Assembly: GCA_041498975.1 (NCBI GenBank)
Contig: JBGQJI010000014.1
Span: 1 to 29,562, forward strand
Source: Candidatus Methylomirabilis sp.
Lineage (GTDB): Bacteria > Methylomirabilota > Methylomirabilia > Methylomirabilales > Methylomirabilaceae
Direction: 5' to 3'
Length of the DNA stretch: 29,562 bases
In this document: in pieces, positions 1-12,281 of the stretch
Numbering within the stretch: the first letter of the stretch is position 1
Layout of the letters: each line of letters starts with the position of its first letter
Made by a program: the position numbers and the translations under genes
Notes under the pieces: generated by a model
What the model saw: the letters and a program-made list of their open reading frames with translations, nothing else
What the model was told of the DNA's origin: nothing
Database searches by the model: none

Positions 1-39
1 ACCGGGGTGCCCATGGCCTCCTGGAGGATCGCCTGCGCG

Positions 40-444
40 TCACAGACCTCCGCCCGGAGGCGGGGGGGCATGGGGGTGCAGAGTCGCTTCCGTCTCGTGG
101 TCAGAAGCCGCATTTAACACATTACCCCGGGCTTTGCCCTCCCTGCGGTCCGCGAACCAGTTGTACATCCTCGCGACGAAGTATCCGCCGGCAAACCCGT
201 ACACAAACGCGTACGCGAACCCGATCAGGCTCCCCACGAACGTTACCCGATATCCAATGAAGAACTGGCTCAGGAGAGAGAGATGCGGGCCCACGACCTC
301 GCCCCCCTTGAGGACGAGCCAGTTTGTGGCGATGAAGACTCCGAGCCCTGCCACGATCCCCGTGACGATGCCTTGAACCATTGCGTTCAGGCGCAGCAGT
401 CTGGTGAGCACGATTTCTTCGAGGGCCTTTTGATCCTCCGCCAT
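40..444 (-). CDS. Small membrane protein, paralog of the C-terminal membrane domain of the adjacent flavoprotein
   Basis: 134-aa ORF with two Gly-rich hydrophobic segments around LKGGEVVGPHLSLL. It aligns by eye with LKGGDVVGPHLELL in the 461..2248 protein. The C-terminal ~25 aa are low-complexity. Confidence 0.8.
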   Translation of the reverse strand: MAEDQKALEEIVLTRLLRLNAMVQGIVTGIVAGLGVFIATNWLVLKGGEVVGPHLSLLSQFFIGYRVTFVGSLIGFAYAFVYGFAGGYFVARMYNWFADRREGKARGNVLNAASDHETEATLHPHAPPPPGGGL

Positions 445-460
445 GGTCGGGTCTCTCCTA

Positions 461-2247
<1,787 letters not shown>

Positions 2248-2248
<1 letters not shown>

Positions 2249-3375
2249 CAGCGCAACTCCGGGCCGCTCTCCGTGTCGGACCACTGCCTCGGAGCTTTTG
2301 CGAGGCCCACGCCGCGAGATCTCCTCCTGTGGAACAAGTGGCGAACTGCGCCGATGGCGAACGCGATGCTGCTGTAGAGATAGTACAACCAATGCCACGC
2401 GATGGCCTGCAGCGCGAACCGCAGACCGCGTTTGCGCCGGAAGAAGAGGTAAAGGTCTGCATTGAGTGCCAGAAGGGCCAGGCTGATCGCAGCGGCGACC
2501 GCGAGCGACCCGCGCCACCAGCGCGCTCCGACCAAGGCCCCCAGGAGCCCACAGGTCAATAGCACGCTGACACGGCTGGAGTGTCGCAGATTGAGATCAT
2601 CGATGAATCCGTGGTCCCGTAGGATCAGCTCCGTCCAGGGGATGGCGCGATGGAGGAAATCGGATTTCAGCAACGACGCGACGCCCCAGCGTTTCAGATG
2701 CTTGACCTGTAATGCCTTGCAGAGTCGAATCCTATGCCCGGCCTGCTTCAGCCGATAGCCCAGCTCGACATCTTCGATCGAAGGCCAGCGATACCCTTCG
2801 TCAAACCCCCCCAATGCGAGGAAGACCTCACGTCGGATGGCCCCGCAAGCGCCCCAGAAGGTGGACGCCTCCTCGCGGCCTGTCTGGTGAACATAGTGGT
2901 GGAGGAGGTTCTTGTACTGCGACAGGAAATTCGTGGCGGCCGGCTCGTCATCATACGTCCCGAACACGGCAGCCAGGCCCGGCTCACCCCTGAAGGCGGC
3001 CGCAACCCGACCCACGGCGTCACGGGGAATGGTCACATCGGCATCAACGAAAAAGAGGATCTCGCCCCTGGCGGCAAGCCCCCCGAGATTACGGGCCCTG
3101 GCGGGCCCCCTTGATGCGGGCTCCCTGAGCACCTGCGCGCCAGATGCCTCCGCCAGACGCCAGGAGCCGTCCGTGTCGCCATCAGACACGACAATGACTT
3201 CAGTGGGAGGAGGCACGGCTTCGGCTACGCTCGACAGGCATCGGCGGAAGTTCGCCCCCCCGTTGTACACCGGGATGACAACCGAGATGGTCAACTCAGG
3301 GGGCGGCGGAATGTCCATCTGCAATCCACAGGACTGTTCCTCTCCTTGCCCGGGCACCCTATCCGATCTAGCCAT
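2248..3375 (-). CDS. Glycosyltransferase family 2 with C-terminal transmembrane helices
   Basis: Motifs SVVIPVYN, DGDTDGS, GPARARNLG, FVDAD (DxD) and SIEDVELG; hydrophobic C-terminus. Start uncertain: ATG 3375 has a GAGG upstream; 3318 and 3438 are alternatives. Confidence 0.88.
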
Positions 3376-3482
3376 CGGAGCCTCGCAACGGCGCAGAGGA
3401 CCCATCTCCCTGGAACCTGGTGGGCGGCGGCATCTCATGCCGAGGATGTAAGCCCGATCTCACCAAGGCTGGAAAGACGGCC

Positions 3483-5009
3483 TCAGGTACTTTTGCGTTG
3501 CACCAGATACAGATAGTAGGTTTCATCGGGAATGATGCTATGGCTGAACTCCGACAGTTTAGAAATGGTCAGGTCAGGTCTATGAGCGAGAAGTCTATAG
3601 TTCAAGACCAACAGAACATCCTTTTTCTCGTGTGTGATGAGTTGACCCACCTTTTCCAGAACTTCAGGGGCATCCAGCCTCTTCCGCTTTCTGTTCCAGA
3701 CGATGAAGCTACCAAATCTGTCACTTTCGGGGTAGTAAATTTTGCTGTTCAGGTAAGCCGATAGAGGGGAGACTGGAGAATCTCTGCTTCCCGCGATGAG
3801 CATATCCCCTGACTGTCGGCTCGCGATGAATCTGGAAGCCTCTTTACTCGCAGAGAAGGGATGCAACACGTCCGTGCCGAATGCAATGAGTCCCGCAGCG
3901 AGATCAGCGTACAGCATCACCATGACGAACTTCTTTCCAACCCGATCGGCGGCTTCGGCAATCGTTGTTGCCAATCCATGAACGAGCCGTGTTTCCGTGT
4001 AGTACTGTGAAATCCACAACGAGGCGACAAACAGGATAAATAAGTGTCCATGATGTGCCAACTTTCCGAAGACCACGGCATATATAAAAGCCAGAAGGCC
4101 AAGGGTTCCGGAAAGGTATAAGAACAACACAACCGGTTTACGGACGAACAGTCCAACCGAGATTGCCAGAAGCCCGAGAGAAATGCCCGCACAAATGTTC
4201 ATTTGTGATCCCAGCGAACCGTCCAGGAGGATGTTGGTATTCCAGAACTGATAGCTCGAAAGGCTTGGTATCGGAATGTAACTCATCCAAACGGTCATGA
4301 GCGTCTTCACCACACTGAATCTATCGGGCCGCGTGACCCAGGTGCCCACAACAGCTCGGTCCGCTGGTGGTAGAATCTGCGCGATGGAGGTCACAATGCC
4401 CAGAGCGAACACAAGGACACTGATGATGAGATCCGATTTCCTCGCGGGTAAGGATCTCCGCATTCCTCCGTCGATCATGCATTCAAATAGCAATGTCAAC
4501 CCGAAACACATGGCCAGAATCAGACCGTACACGCTCGTATTGGCCAACACGAAAAGAATGGACGAGAGGAAAAGGTAACGCTTCGTGCGTGTCTGAAATA
4601 ACGCACAGAAGGAAAAAATGCACAAGATCCCTATCGCATAATTTCTACTGATCACTGCATATTCGTAAAAGGGGAAGTACCCGAAGGAGAATAAGACCTT
4701 CTGGGCGTTCGTGAAAGGTGAGAATCTTGCGAAGATGAAGATGACGGCGGCGGCAATAATCAGATGAGAAACCTGCATCGCTGCCGGATTACGCGTGAAC
4801 CTGGTCAGCAGATACAGAATCGCAAACCACACTCCGGGATGGCTTTCGTATCTGTAGTTGGCGAAGAGGTCCCTAAGAGACGGACTGTCTCTCCCGATGA
4901 GCCATGCCTGGAGTTCGTCTCGCCACATTTCGTGGGTCACGAGACCCAGACAGCCAAGAGACAGGAACACCGAGACCAGCAGCGCCGTGAAGACAGCATC
5001 ATTTCTCAT
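3483..5009 (-). CDS. Multi-pass membrane protein, probable GT-C-fold glycosyltransferase
   Basis: 508 aa with about 10 hydrophobic segments. WRDE acidic motif after TM1 followed by ESHP, typical of GT-C first loops, and a soluble C-terminal domain. Visibly more AT-rich than its neighbours. Confidence 0.7.
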   Translation of the reverse strand: MRNDAVFTALLVSVFLSLGCLGLVTHEMWRDELQAWLIGRDSPSLRDLFANYRYESHPGVWFAILYLLTRFTRNPAAMQVSHLIIAAAVIFIFARFSPFTNAQKVLFSFGYFPFYEYAVISRNYAIGILCIFSFCALFQTRTKRYLFLSSILFVLANTSVYGLILAMCFGLTLLFECMIDGGMRRSLPARKSDLIISVLVFALGIVTSIAQILPPADRAVVGTWVTRPDRFSVVKTLMTVWMSYIPIPSLSSYQFWNTNILLDGSLGSQMNICAGISLGLLAISVGLFVRKPVVLFLYLSGTLGLLAFIYAVVFGKLAHHGHLFILFVASLWISQYYTETRLVHGLATTIAEAADRVGKKFVMVMLYADLAAGLIAFGTDVLHPFSASKEASRFIASRQSGDMLIAGSRDSPVSPLSAYLNSKIYYPESDRFGSFIVWNRKRKRLDAPEVLEKVGQLITHEKKDVLLVLNYRLLAHRPDLTISKLSEFSHSIIPDETYYLYLVQRKST

Positions 5010-5185
5010 CTATGATCGCCTGTTTCCCTGCCTGAGGCACCACACCGGTCTCCTGGCATACGGCATAATATATCGCTGCGCCTGGTGCCGTTCCAACTTG
5101 TTCGGACCTATGGCACAATTATGCGACGGCCGATCCAGATGGCCGCGCGTCATCTTTTCGTTTGGCGGATAAAGTTCGAACGGCA

Positions 5186-5671
5186 CTAGTGGGCCGATCC
5201 CCTGGGTTGAGGTTGCTTGGGTGGCGGGGCGAGGCTTCGGATGTAGATGACGAGCTCACGGATCTCCTGGTCAGTGAGCTCATGGCCCCAGGAGGGCATT
5301 CCCGGCTTTCCAAGGCTCGCCCCTCCGTGCTTGATGATCTGAAAGAGGGAGTCGTCGGAGAGGGCCTGAGTGGAGGACGGATTGGTGAAGTCACCCGCCT
5401 TGAGACGAAAAAGCCATGCGGTCCACCCATCACCCCTCCCGCGATCGCCGTGACAGGTGGCGCACTTCCACAGGTAGTTCGAACGGGCCGATGCACGACT
5501 TCCCCCTTCTGAGCCTGCCGCGAAGACGGCGCCCACGGTTGAGGTCGCGTCGGCGGGGATCGGTCGAAACCGCAACGCCATGGCGGAGGCGAGATCGTGC
5601 ACGATATACCCCACGGCGAGCGACGATATGACCACGAATAACAACCGGCATCGGAAGAGGCTATTCATCAC
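5186..5671 (-). CDS. Monoheme c-type cytochrome (class I)
   Basis: N-terminal hydrophobic segment, CATCH heme-attachment motif, GDG...GDFT, and GMPSW distal Met ligand. Start is GTG 5671 or ATG 5668. Confidence 0.88.
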   Translation of the reverse strand: MMNSLFRCRLLFVVISSLAVGYIVHDLASAMALRFRPIPADATSTVGAVFAAGSEGGSRASARSNYLWKCATCHGDRGRGDGWTAWLFRLKAGDFTNPSSTQALSDDSLFQIIKHGGASLGKPGMPSWGHELTDQEIRELVIYIRSLAPPPKQPQPRGSAH

Positions 5672-5820
5672 TCATCAGTCGGTTGCCCTTTGTCTGTTCG
5701 GCCACGCAACAGCCGTCGGTGACAATTCTCCCGACGAAAGAGCGTCACGCGTACTCGACCCCGAAATGGAGGGCCGGTTCTCAAGCCATAGGGGTGGCGG
5801 GGGTCCGACCGGGAGAGCTT

Positions 5821-7113
5821 CTAACGGCTACGCAGCGCTGCGAAGGCGGCCTTTGCCGCCAGGAGGGTCGCTTCGATCTCGGCGGTGGAGTGGGCATCAG
5901 AAAGAAAGCCTGCCTCGAACTGGGAGGGGGCGAGGTTCACCCCGCCATCGAGCATTGCCCGGAAAAAGGCGGCGTACCGACCGGTATCGGCAGCCCGAGC
6001 GGTCTCACAGTCGATGACCGCCTGCGGGGTGAAGAACCCGGTAAACATCGACCCGACGCGCTGACACTGCAGCGCGATTCTCGACTGCGCCGCCAACTCG
6101 CGAAGCCCTTCTTCCACGAGTTTCGCCTTGGCCTCCAGTCGTTCGTAGAACCCAGGCTCTTCAAGGAGGCGAAGGGTCTCGATGCCAGCCCTCATGGCGA
6201 GGGGATTCCCGGAGAGCGTCCCGGCCTGATAGACTTGGCCCAACGGCGCCACCTGCTCCATGATCGATCGGGAACCCCCGTAGGCCCCGACCGGCAGCCC
6301 GCCGCCGATGATCTTCCCGAGACAGGTCAGATCGGGCCTGATGCCGTACAAGGCCTGGGCGCCGCCCCTGCCCAGCCGGAACCCGGTAATCACCTCGTCG
6401 AAGATCAGGAGGGATTGATAGGCCGAGGTGATCTCCCGCACCGCCTCCAGAAATCCCGGCTTCGGCGGGACCACACCCATGTTGCCCGCGACCGGCTCCA
6501 CGATCACGCAGGCGATCTCACAGCCCACCGCCTGGAAGGCCGCGCGAACGGCGTCGCTGTCGTTGTACGGAAGCGTGATCGTCTGGCGGGCGAGGTCTGG
6601 CGGGACGCCGAGGCTGTCCGGAATGCCGAAGGTCATGGCACCGGAGCCGGCCTTGACCAGGAGGCTGTCGGCGTGCCCGTGATAGCATCCTTCGAACTTT
6701 ACGATCCGACTGCGACCGGTGACGCCCCGCGCCAGCCGGATCGCGCTCATGGTCGCCTCGGTGCCGGAGTTGACGAACCGGACCATCTCGATCGAGGGGA
6801 CCGCCTCGACCACCATCCTGGCCAACTCGACCCCCCAGGGGGTGGGGGCGCCGTAGCTGACCCCCTGCGCCGCCGCCTCCTGGATCGCCTTCACCACAGC
6901 GGGGTGGGCATGGCCGACGATCATCGGACCCCACGATCCAACATAGTCGATGTAGACATTGCCATCGACATCATAGATGTGGCAGCCCGACGCCCGCTCG
7001 ATCACCAGGGGATCCCCACCCACGGCGAGGAAGGCCCGCACCGGGCTGTTCACGCCTCCCGGCATGAGTCGCTTTGCCTCCTCAAAGAGCGCTTTCGAGC
7101 GAGGACCGGTCAC
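5821..7113 (-). CDS. hemL: Glutamate-1-semialdehyde 2,1-aminomutase
   Basis: Motifs [51 protein letters not shown] (PLP lysine) and [13 protein letters not shown] start overlaps the hemB stop. Confidence 0.97.
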   Translation of the reverse strand: MTGPRSKALFEEAKRLMPGGVNSPVRAFLAVGGDPLVIERASGCHIYDVDGNVYIDYVGSWGPMIVGHAHPAVVKAIQEAAAQGVSYGAPTPWGVELARMVVEAVPSIEMVRFVNSGTEATMSAIRLARGVTGRSRIVKFEGCYHGHADSLLVKAGSGAMTFGIPDSLGVPPDLARQTITLPYNDSDAVRAAFQAVGCEIACVIVEPVAGNMGVVPPKPGFLEAVREITSAYQSLLIFDEVITGFRLGRGGAQALYGIRPDLTCLGKIIGGGLPVGAYGGSRSIMEQVAPLGQVYQAGTLSGNPLAMRAGIETLRLLEEPGFYERLEAKAKLVEEGLRELAAQSRIALQCQRVGSMFTGFFTPQAVIDCETARAADTGRYAAFFRAMLDGGVNLAPSQFEAGFLSDAHSTAEIEATLLAAKAAFAALRSR

Positions 7114-8090
7114 GGTCTGTTTTCCAGGAGGCGCGCGGCCTCTCTCGCGGAGTAGGTCAGGATCAGGTCGGCTCCAGCCCGCTTGATCGAGGTCAGAGTC
7201 TCCATCAGCACCCGCTCTTCATCGATCCAACCGAGCCGCCCAGCCGCCTTCAGCATGGCGTACTCCCCGCTGACGTGGTAGGCTGCCACAGGGCCGCCGA
7301 ACTCCTGTTTCACCCGCCAGAGGATATCCAGGTACGGGAGCGCCGGCTTCACCATCACGATGTCCGCTCCTTCTTCCAGGTCGAGCCCGACCTCACGAAG
7401 CGCCTCATCGCCGTTCGCCGGGTCCATCTGATACGACCGCCTGTCCCCGAACTGTGGAGCCGATTCGGCCGCCTCGCGGAACGGGCCGTAGAAGGCGCTG
7501 GCGTACTTGGCCGAATAGGCCATGATCGGCGTCTCCTCGAACCCCTCCTCGTCGAGCGCCTCGCGGATGGCCGCCACTCGGCCGTCCATCATATCTGAGG
7601 GCGCCACCAGGTCAGCGCCCGCCTCAGCATGGGAGAGCGCCGTCCTGGCCAGCAACTCCAGGGTGGGATCGTTCTTGACCTGACCCCGCTCCACGACGCC
7701 GCAGTGGCCGTGACTGGTGTATTCGCATAAGCAGACGTCCGTGATCACCAGCAGGTCCGACACGGTGTCCTTCACCGCCTTGACCGCCTGCTGGATGATC
7801 CCATCTTCGGCGTAGGCCTCGGAGCCAACCGCATCTTTCGCGGCGGGCAGGCCAAAGAGAATGATCCCCGGGATACCGATCGCGGCGACCTCTTTCGCCT
7901 CCTTGGCCAGCTCATCCACCGAGAGGTGGTAGCAACCCGGCATCGAGGAGATCTCCTGACGCACTCCCCGTCCGTGGACGACAAAGAGGGGCTGGATCAG
8001 ATCTTCGACATGCAGGTGGGTCTCCCGAACCAACCGGCGGAGGGTCTCATTCTGGCGCAAGCGCCTTGGGCGAAACACCGGATAGTACAT
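7110..8090 (-). CDS. hemB: Porphobilinogen synthase (ALA dehydratase), Zn-dependent type
   Basis: Motifs [20 protein letters not shown] (Zn ligands), [22 protein letters not shown] and MVKPA. GAGGAGG Shine-Dalgarno upstream. Confidence 0.98.
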   Translation of the reverse strand: MYYPVFRPRRLRQNETLRRLVRETHLHVEDLIQPLFVVHGRGVRQEISSMPGCYHLSVDELAKEAKEVAAIGIPGIILFGLPAAKDAVGSEAYAEDGIIQQAVKAVKDTVSDLLVITDVCLCEYTSHGHCGVVERGQVKNDPTLELLARTALSHAEAGADLVAPSDMMDGRVAAIREALDEEGFEETPIMAYSAKYASAFYGPFREAAESAPQFGDRRSYQMDPANGDEALREVGLDLEEGADIVMVKPALPYLDILWRVKQEFGGPVAAYHVSGEYAMLKAAGRLGWIDEERVLMETLTSIKRAGADLILTYSAREAARLLENRP

Positions 8091-8150
8091 GCGTCCTCCT
8101 CGAAGGCGCGATGAGCGTGGACAGTCGCCTTCTGCATTCAGGTAGTGGCT

Positions 8151-8179
8151 ATTCTACCTGCGGCATGGATTTCGGTCAA
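8151..8179 (-). promoter_or_regulatory. Sigma70-type promoter for hemB-hemL
   Basis: Minus strand TTGACC-17 bp-TAGAAT, about 60 bp upstream of the hemB ATG. Confidence 0.7.
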
Positions 8180-8185
8180 CCGATC

Positions 8186-10477
8186 TCAACGCCGCAAGTA
8201 GCGTGCTCCACGCTCCGGAGGCGGCGCCACCCCGCCGGTCAGCAGTTCGAAAAATAAGTTGACGCTGTTCTCTGACGCCCTCACCCCGGGGATTTCCGAC
8301 AGATTGATGAAATGGACGCCGATCATCCAGCAACAGGTGGCATAGGTGACGACCACATTGTTTTCCAGGCTGACATCCCTGAGAGAATCGTAACGGCCGA
8401 GGTAGTTGATCGCGAGGTTCTTGATCGGCGTGAGAAGAAGGCGGCCCACCACCCCGGAGGTCTCGCGATCGCTGAACGGGCCAGGAAGGCCCATAGTCTC
8501 CCCACCGCGGATGAAACTGTGGGCCAGCTCCACCCGCCCGTACTCGGGATAGGCAACCCGTACCCCCGCCTCGATCCCATCAACCCGATCCTCCTCGGTG
8601 TTGATGGCGACGACTCCATAGAACGCGAGATTCTGAATGGGGGAAGCGCTGAGATCGGCCACCAGGTTCGAAAAGCGGCGCTCCTGAACCCGCGAGAACC
8701 CTGTGGAGAGCCCATTGCGCAGGATCGGGATCGTTGTCGGCTCACGGACCGCCTGGTCGATCCGCTCCGGGGTCAGGGCGTTCAGATAGATATCGGAGAA
8801 TGTCCGCTCTTGGGGGTTCAGGTTGTAACTCTGGCTCAGCGAAAGGGAGAAGACTTCGTTGGTCCGGACGGAGCCATCGGACTCTTTGATCTTGGCCAAC
8901 AGGCGGTTGTTCAGCGAATAGGTGACCCTGTTCTGGGGGCTGATAAAATCGATGCTGTCGAACTGTGGGAGCCCTTCCTGATCGACCGGATTGATGTACC
9001 AGTAGCTCACCCGCGGCTCCACCAGGTGAATCAGCCGATCGACACGGGTGCCCCCGACCTCAAACCTCCTGAAGAATCGAGCCTCCAGGGAGTCCCGAGC
9101 CTCAAAGAGTTCGCGGGTGATCCCACTCTCCTCTCCATCTCCACGCTTCGTGTACGCGGTCTCACGGAAGCCGACCGAGGGGGTCATCGTCGCCCAGGGA
9201 AGCAGGCGCAACGGGGCGGAGAGCTTCGGCGACAGATCCGCGCGGCCACCGTCCGGGACCTCTTTACGTTCCAGGTAGACACCGGACAGGTTCATCTCCA
9301 GAAGGACCGGCAAGCCGAACAGGCGCTGGGGAAATGCCGAAAAACTCAACTCCGGCAGACGGCTGAGGCGGCTATCGCTGGTGTCGGTGGTCAGGGCCCG
9401 GGAGTGATCCGCCATGAGCTGCAGGCCGTAATTCTGCCACAGTTGAGCGAGAAACACTCTTGAGTTGCTGAAGCTCGCCGTCCTCAACGCAGGCGGGGTC
9501 TCGGCGAACTCCCGCTGGATGGTCCGGTCGCTGACGTAGTTGATGTCGGCCTTCAGGCTGAGCTCCGGATTGAATTGCTGATCGTGTTGGGCATAGATAG
9601 TGCCGCGCAGCTCGTCTCCTGGCGCATTCAGCCGATCCTGGATTATCCTGGCATCGATCCATCCCCTCGCCTCGGGCCCCAGGATATACCGGTAGTTGGC
9701 CTCCCCCTCGAAGCCGCGCCTGCCACGGTAGACACCGGTAATGGTGAGGTCCTGGGATTCATCGATGGCCCAGAAGAAGGGCTGCTTGTAGGTGACGCCA
9801 TCCCTGTTACTGTAGCCGACCCGCGGGATCAGGAAACCCGTCCGCCTCGGCCCGAGAGGGTAGAGGAGATAGGGGGCGACGAGCGACGGCAGGCCGCGGA
9901 CCCAGAACGACGCCCATTTCGCCTCGAGATACTCGTCCTGCTCGAGCACCACCTCCTTGGCCCGGACCTCCCAATCAACTCCACCGGGTTCAGGCTGGCA
10001 GATGCGGCAGGTGGTGAAACTCCCCTCGACCAGCCGATAGGTGCGCTCTCCATCCTTGTGGATCTCGACGCCCCGAAACGCGGTGGCCGGAGGGATCGCC
10101 CCCTTGCCCTGGTACATGACGCCGGTGTTGCTCCGGTAGTGATACTCGAACCGTTCACCCTCCAGCCGGCTCGCCCCTTCGATGAGCTGGACCCTTCCTG
10201 TGGCCCTCAGTACCTCTTGGATCTGGTCCAGCTCGACCTCATCGGCGATGAGGGTGCGGTTCTCCATCTGGATGTGGACATCGCCCCTCGCGATCGTGAG
10301 CTTGTCCCGCTCCCGCCGCTCGAGCTCGTTCGCCTCCACCCGAACAGCCGACTTCAGTTCTGTGACGCGGTCGAGCAGATCACGGGATCCGGTGTCCTGG
10401 GCTGAAACCACAGCAATGGAGGACGAGCATGAAAGGAGGAGCAGCGTCAGAAGGATGCGCGGAAGCTGGCGTAGCAT
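8186..10477 (-). CDS. lptD: LPS assembly outer membrane protein LptD
   Basis: Likely start ATG 10477 followed by a signal peptide. OstA-like N-terminal region, FTTC, RRTGFLIP, QPFFWAI and C-terminal CCW, with beta-barrel-like alternation. 763 aa. Confidence 0.9.
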   Translation of the reverse strand: MLRQLPRILLTLLLLSCSSSIAVVSAQDTGSRDLLDRVTELKSAVRVEANELERRERDKLTIARGDVHIQMENRTLIADEVELDQIQEVLRATGRVQLIEGASRLEGERFEYHYRSNTGVMYQGKGAIPPATAFRGVEIHKDGERTYRLVEGSFTTCRICQPEPGGVDWEVRAKEVVLEQDEYLEAKWASFWVRGLPSLVAPYLLYPLGPRRTGFLIPRVGYSNRDGVTYKQPFFWAIDESQDLTITGVYRGRRGFEGEANYRYILGPEARGWIDARIIQDRLNAPGDELRGTIYAQHDQQFNPELSLKADINYVSDRTIQREFAETPPALRTASFSNSRVFLAQLWQNYGLQLMADHSRALTTDTSDSRLSRLPELSFSAFPQRLFGLPVLLEMNLSGVYLERKEVPDGGRADLSPKLSAPLRLLPWATMTPSVGFRETAYTKRGDGEESGITRELFEARDSLEARFFRRFEVGGTRVDRLIHLVEPRVSYWYINPVDQEGLPQFDSIDFISPQNRVTYSLNNRLLAKIKESDGSVRTNEVFSLSLSQSYNLNPQERTFSDIYLNALTPERIDQAVREPTTIPILRNGLSTGFSRVQERRFSNLVADLSASPIQNLAFYGVVAINTEEDRVDGIEAGVRVAYPEYGRVELAHSFIRGGETMGLPGPFSDRETSGVVGRLLLTPIKNLAINYLGRYDSLRDVSLENNVVVTYATCCWMIGVHFINLSEIPGVRASENSVNLFFELLTGGVAPPPERGARYLRR

Positions 10478-10512
10478 CGATAAAGACCCCGGAACAAGTC
10501 CAGAACAACTTT

Positions 10513-10566
10513 GTGGGGGCAGGCTCTTGCGCTGCCCAAGAGACGCCCAGCAAGCAGCGCCCCTTC
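10513..10566. repeat. Degenerate GTAG-type REP doublet (REPIN-like)
   Basis: GTGGGGGCAGGCTCTTGCGCTGCCC followed by an inverted copy reading GAAGGGGCGCTGCTTGCTGGGCG on the minus strand. The latter shares AGGGGCGCTGCTTGCTG with the REP at 14125. Confidence 0.6.
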
Positions 10567-10841
10567 GGGATCCATGCGAGGCAAGTCGCCCTCGCCTTAT
10601 ATCAGACGGGCGCGCCAAAGGCAAGGGGTTTTAGAGAGGCACGGGGAGGCTTCGGACCGCACCCACCGGGTTTACCTCATGTACAGTGTGCTAGAGGGGA
10701 GATTGACGTGGCGAAGAAATCCAGACCAGATATTCTCGTATACTGGACTCTGCGTGAGGGACAGAGAGACCTTTGGTCAATCATCAGGTCCGCGGACGTC
10801 GAGGACATCTGGCCCACGACGAGGGTCATGCGAGCCCGTCC

Positions 10842-11537
10842 CTACGAGATCATCTTTGCGATAGCGAAGGCCGCGGCCGCTGCGAGGCCGCCAATCAGCA
10901 TAGTTTGTAGAGCACCTCGCAAAGGCGCCGCGCCCGTGAAGCGGCCCTTGAAGTAGCCAAATGCAGCCAATGCTGCGAGGGTGACGATCACCGAGAAGAG
11001 CAGCGCCACGCGCGCGCCCGAGAAAACGATGTACGGCCCCAGCGGGATGAATCCTCCGGCGATATAGGCGCCGGCGATCGTCAGCGCACTTGTGAGCGCG
11101 CGCCTCGGATCGGGCTTTTCGAGGCCTAACTCAAAGCGCATCATGAAATCGACCCATGCCTCCGGGCGCCTACACAACGCGTCGACAACGGGCGCGCTTT
11201 CTTCTTCAGTAAGCCCGTAGGACCGAAACACTTCCATCACCTCTGTCGTCTCCTGCGCGGGCCTTTCGCTCACCTCCAGTTGCTCGCGCTCCCGCTCGGA
11301 TTCGTAGTGCTCCGCGTCGTTCCTTCCTGCGAGGTAGCCGCCCAAGCCCATGGCGATCGAACCGGCAGCGACCTCAGCCAGGCCCGCAGTGACGATAATG
11401 CCCGTTGACTCAACGGCGCCGGTGAGCCCTGCCGCGAGCGCAAAGGGGACCGTCAGCCCGTCTGACATCCCGATGACGATATCTCTTACCATATCGCTGG
11501 CGGTGAAGTGCCGCTCAATGTGCGGTGTCTGTGGCAT
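10842..11537 (-). CDS. VIT1/CCC1 family iron/manganese transporter
   Basis: Motifs RDIVIGMSDGL, AGSIAMGLGGYL, Glu-rich cytoplasmic segment, MMRFELGL and GGFIPL. Confidence 0.93.
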   Translation of the reverse strand: MPQTPHIERHFTASDMVRDIVIGMSDGLTVPFALAAGLTGAVESTGIIVTAGLAEVAAGSIAMGLGGYLAGRNDAEHYESEREREQLEVSERPAQETTEVMEVFRSYGLTEEESAPVVDALCRRPEAWVDFMMRFELGLEKPDPRRALTSALTIAGAYIAGGFIPLGPYIVFSGARVALLFSVIVTLAALAAFGYFKGRFTGAAPLRGALQTMLIGGLAAAAAFAIAKMIS

Positions 11538-11617
11538 CGCTACCCTCCCCCTTTACGCTTCTCTTGCGCCTTGTCCATCGGGCGCCAGAATGCCTGCAAG
11601 CTAGACTGCAATGTCGA

Positions 11618-11645
11618 TTGACAACTCACAATGCATATGCAATCT
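11618..11645 (+). promoter_or_regulatory. Putative TA promoter with palindromic operator
   Basis: Perfect TTGACA at 11618, palindrome TGCATATGCA at 11632-11641, and a weak -10 (CAATCT) ending 7 nt before the toxin GTG. Confidence 0.5.
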
Positions 11646-11652
11646 TATATGC

Positions 11653-11952
11653 GTGTATGTGATACGCTTTGCCGTGTCGGTTGTGAGGGACTTGAAAAGG
11701 GTCTCACCATATCATCGAAACATTATCCTAGATGCCATTGAGGCGCAACTTTCTCACGAACCGACGTCGCCAGCGAAGCACAGGAAGTTATTGATAAACT
11801 TGGTACCGCCTTGGGATGCCGTGCCGCCGGTATGGGAGTTGCGCGTTGGGGAGTTTCGAGTGTTTTACGACGTCGCGGAGGCTGAACAGATAGTTGATGT
11901 CCGGGCAATTCGGAAAAAGCCCCCGGGCAAGAGGACGGAGGAGATTCTATGA
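11653..11952 (+). CDS. Type II TA toxin, RelE/ParE family
   Basis: Motif WELRVGEFRVFYDV...VRAIRKK. Likely GTG start at 11653 (99 aa); the ORF extends upstream to 11611. Confidence 0.88.
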   Translation: MYVIRFAVSVVRDLKRVSPYHRNIILDAIEAQLSHEPTSPAKHRKLLINLVPPWDAVPPVWELRVGEFRVFYDVAEAEQIVDVRAIRKKPPGKRTEEIL

Positions 11953-12197
11953 AAACTGTTCCAGTACGCGATCTACAGAAAAAGCTGAAACGATGCATCG
12001 ACGAAGCGCAAGAAGGCCGCGTGCTCATCACCCGTCGAGGAAAGCCTGCAGCGCTCCTTGTTGGGGTTGAGGGCAAGGACTGGGAAACCGTCATTCTCGA
12101 GACCGACCCCACCTTCTGGAAGCTCATCGAGGAACGCCGCAAAGAACCCACCATCTCTTTCAAGGAGCTGAAGGCCCGCCATAACCGAAAGCGCTGA
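11949..12197 (+). CDS. Type II TA antitoxin, Phd/YefM family
   Basis: MKTVPVRDLQKKL...VLITRRGKPAALLV, the Phd/YefM N-terminal signature. ATGA overlap with the toxin. Confidence 0.9.
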   Translation: MKTVPVRDLQKKLKRCIDEAQEGRVLITRRGKPAALLVGVEGKDWETVILETDPTFWKLIEERRKEPTISFKELKARHNRKR

Positions 12198-12281
12198 GCA
12201 ACTTTTTATTGATTAACGCGAGCCTCTCAAAACTCGTTAAAGGGGCCGAGCCCCTCAACGTCGTAAAGTTGGGCCACGGCC

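Noticed and set aside
5111..5124. Sigma54-like TGGCAC...TGC
   Set aside because: The GG-GC spacing is 9 rather than 10, and it points antisense into the cytochrome c gene.
5683..7155. 490-aa plus-strand ORF, and similar long antisense ORFs (8312..9463, 16661..17776, 22665..23795, 24891..26153, 27672..29009)
   Set aside because: Shadow frames opposite well-conserved GC-rich genes, with no recognisable motifs.
10424..10477. Lipobox-like LLSC in the LptD signal peptide
   Set aside because: A signal peptidase I site (VSA-QD) follows and is equally plausible; this cannot be decided without SignalP.
10478..10624. N-terminal 49-aa extension of lptD in the ORF track
   Set aside because: It runs through the REP-like repeat, and the signal peptide begins at Met 10477.
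10708..10956. GTG-started ORF MAKKSRPDILVYW... with a good SD
   Set aside because: It overlaps the VIT1 3' end in antisense by more than 100 nt and matches no family I recognise. At most a gene remnant.
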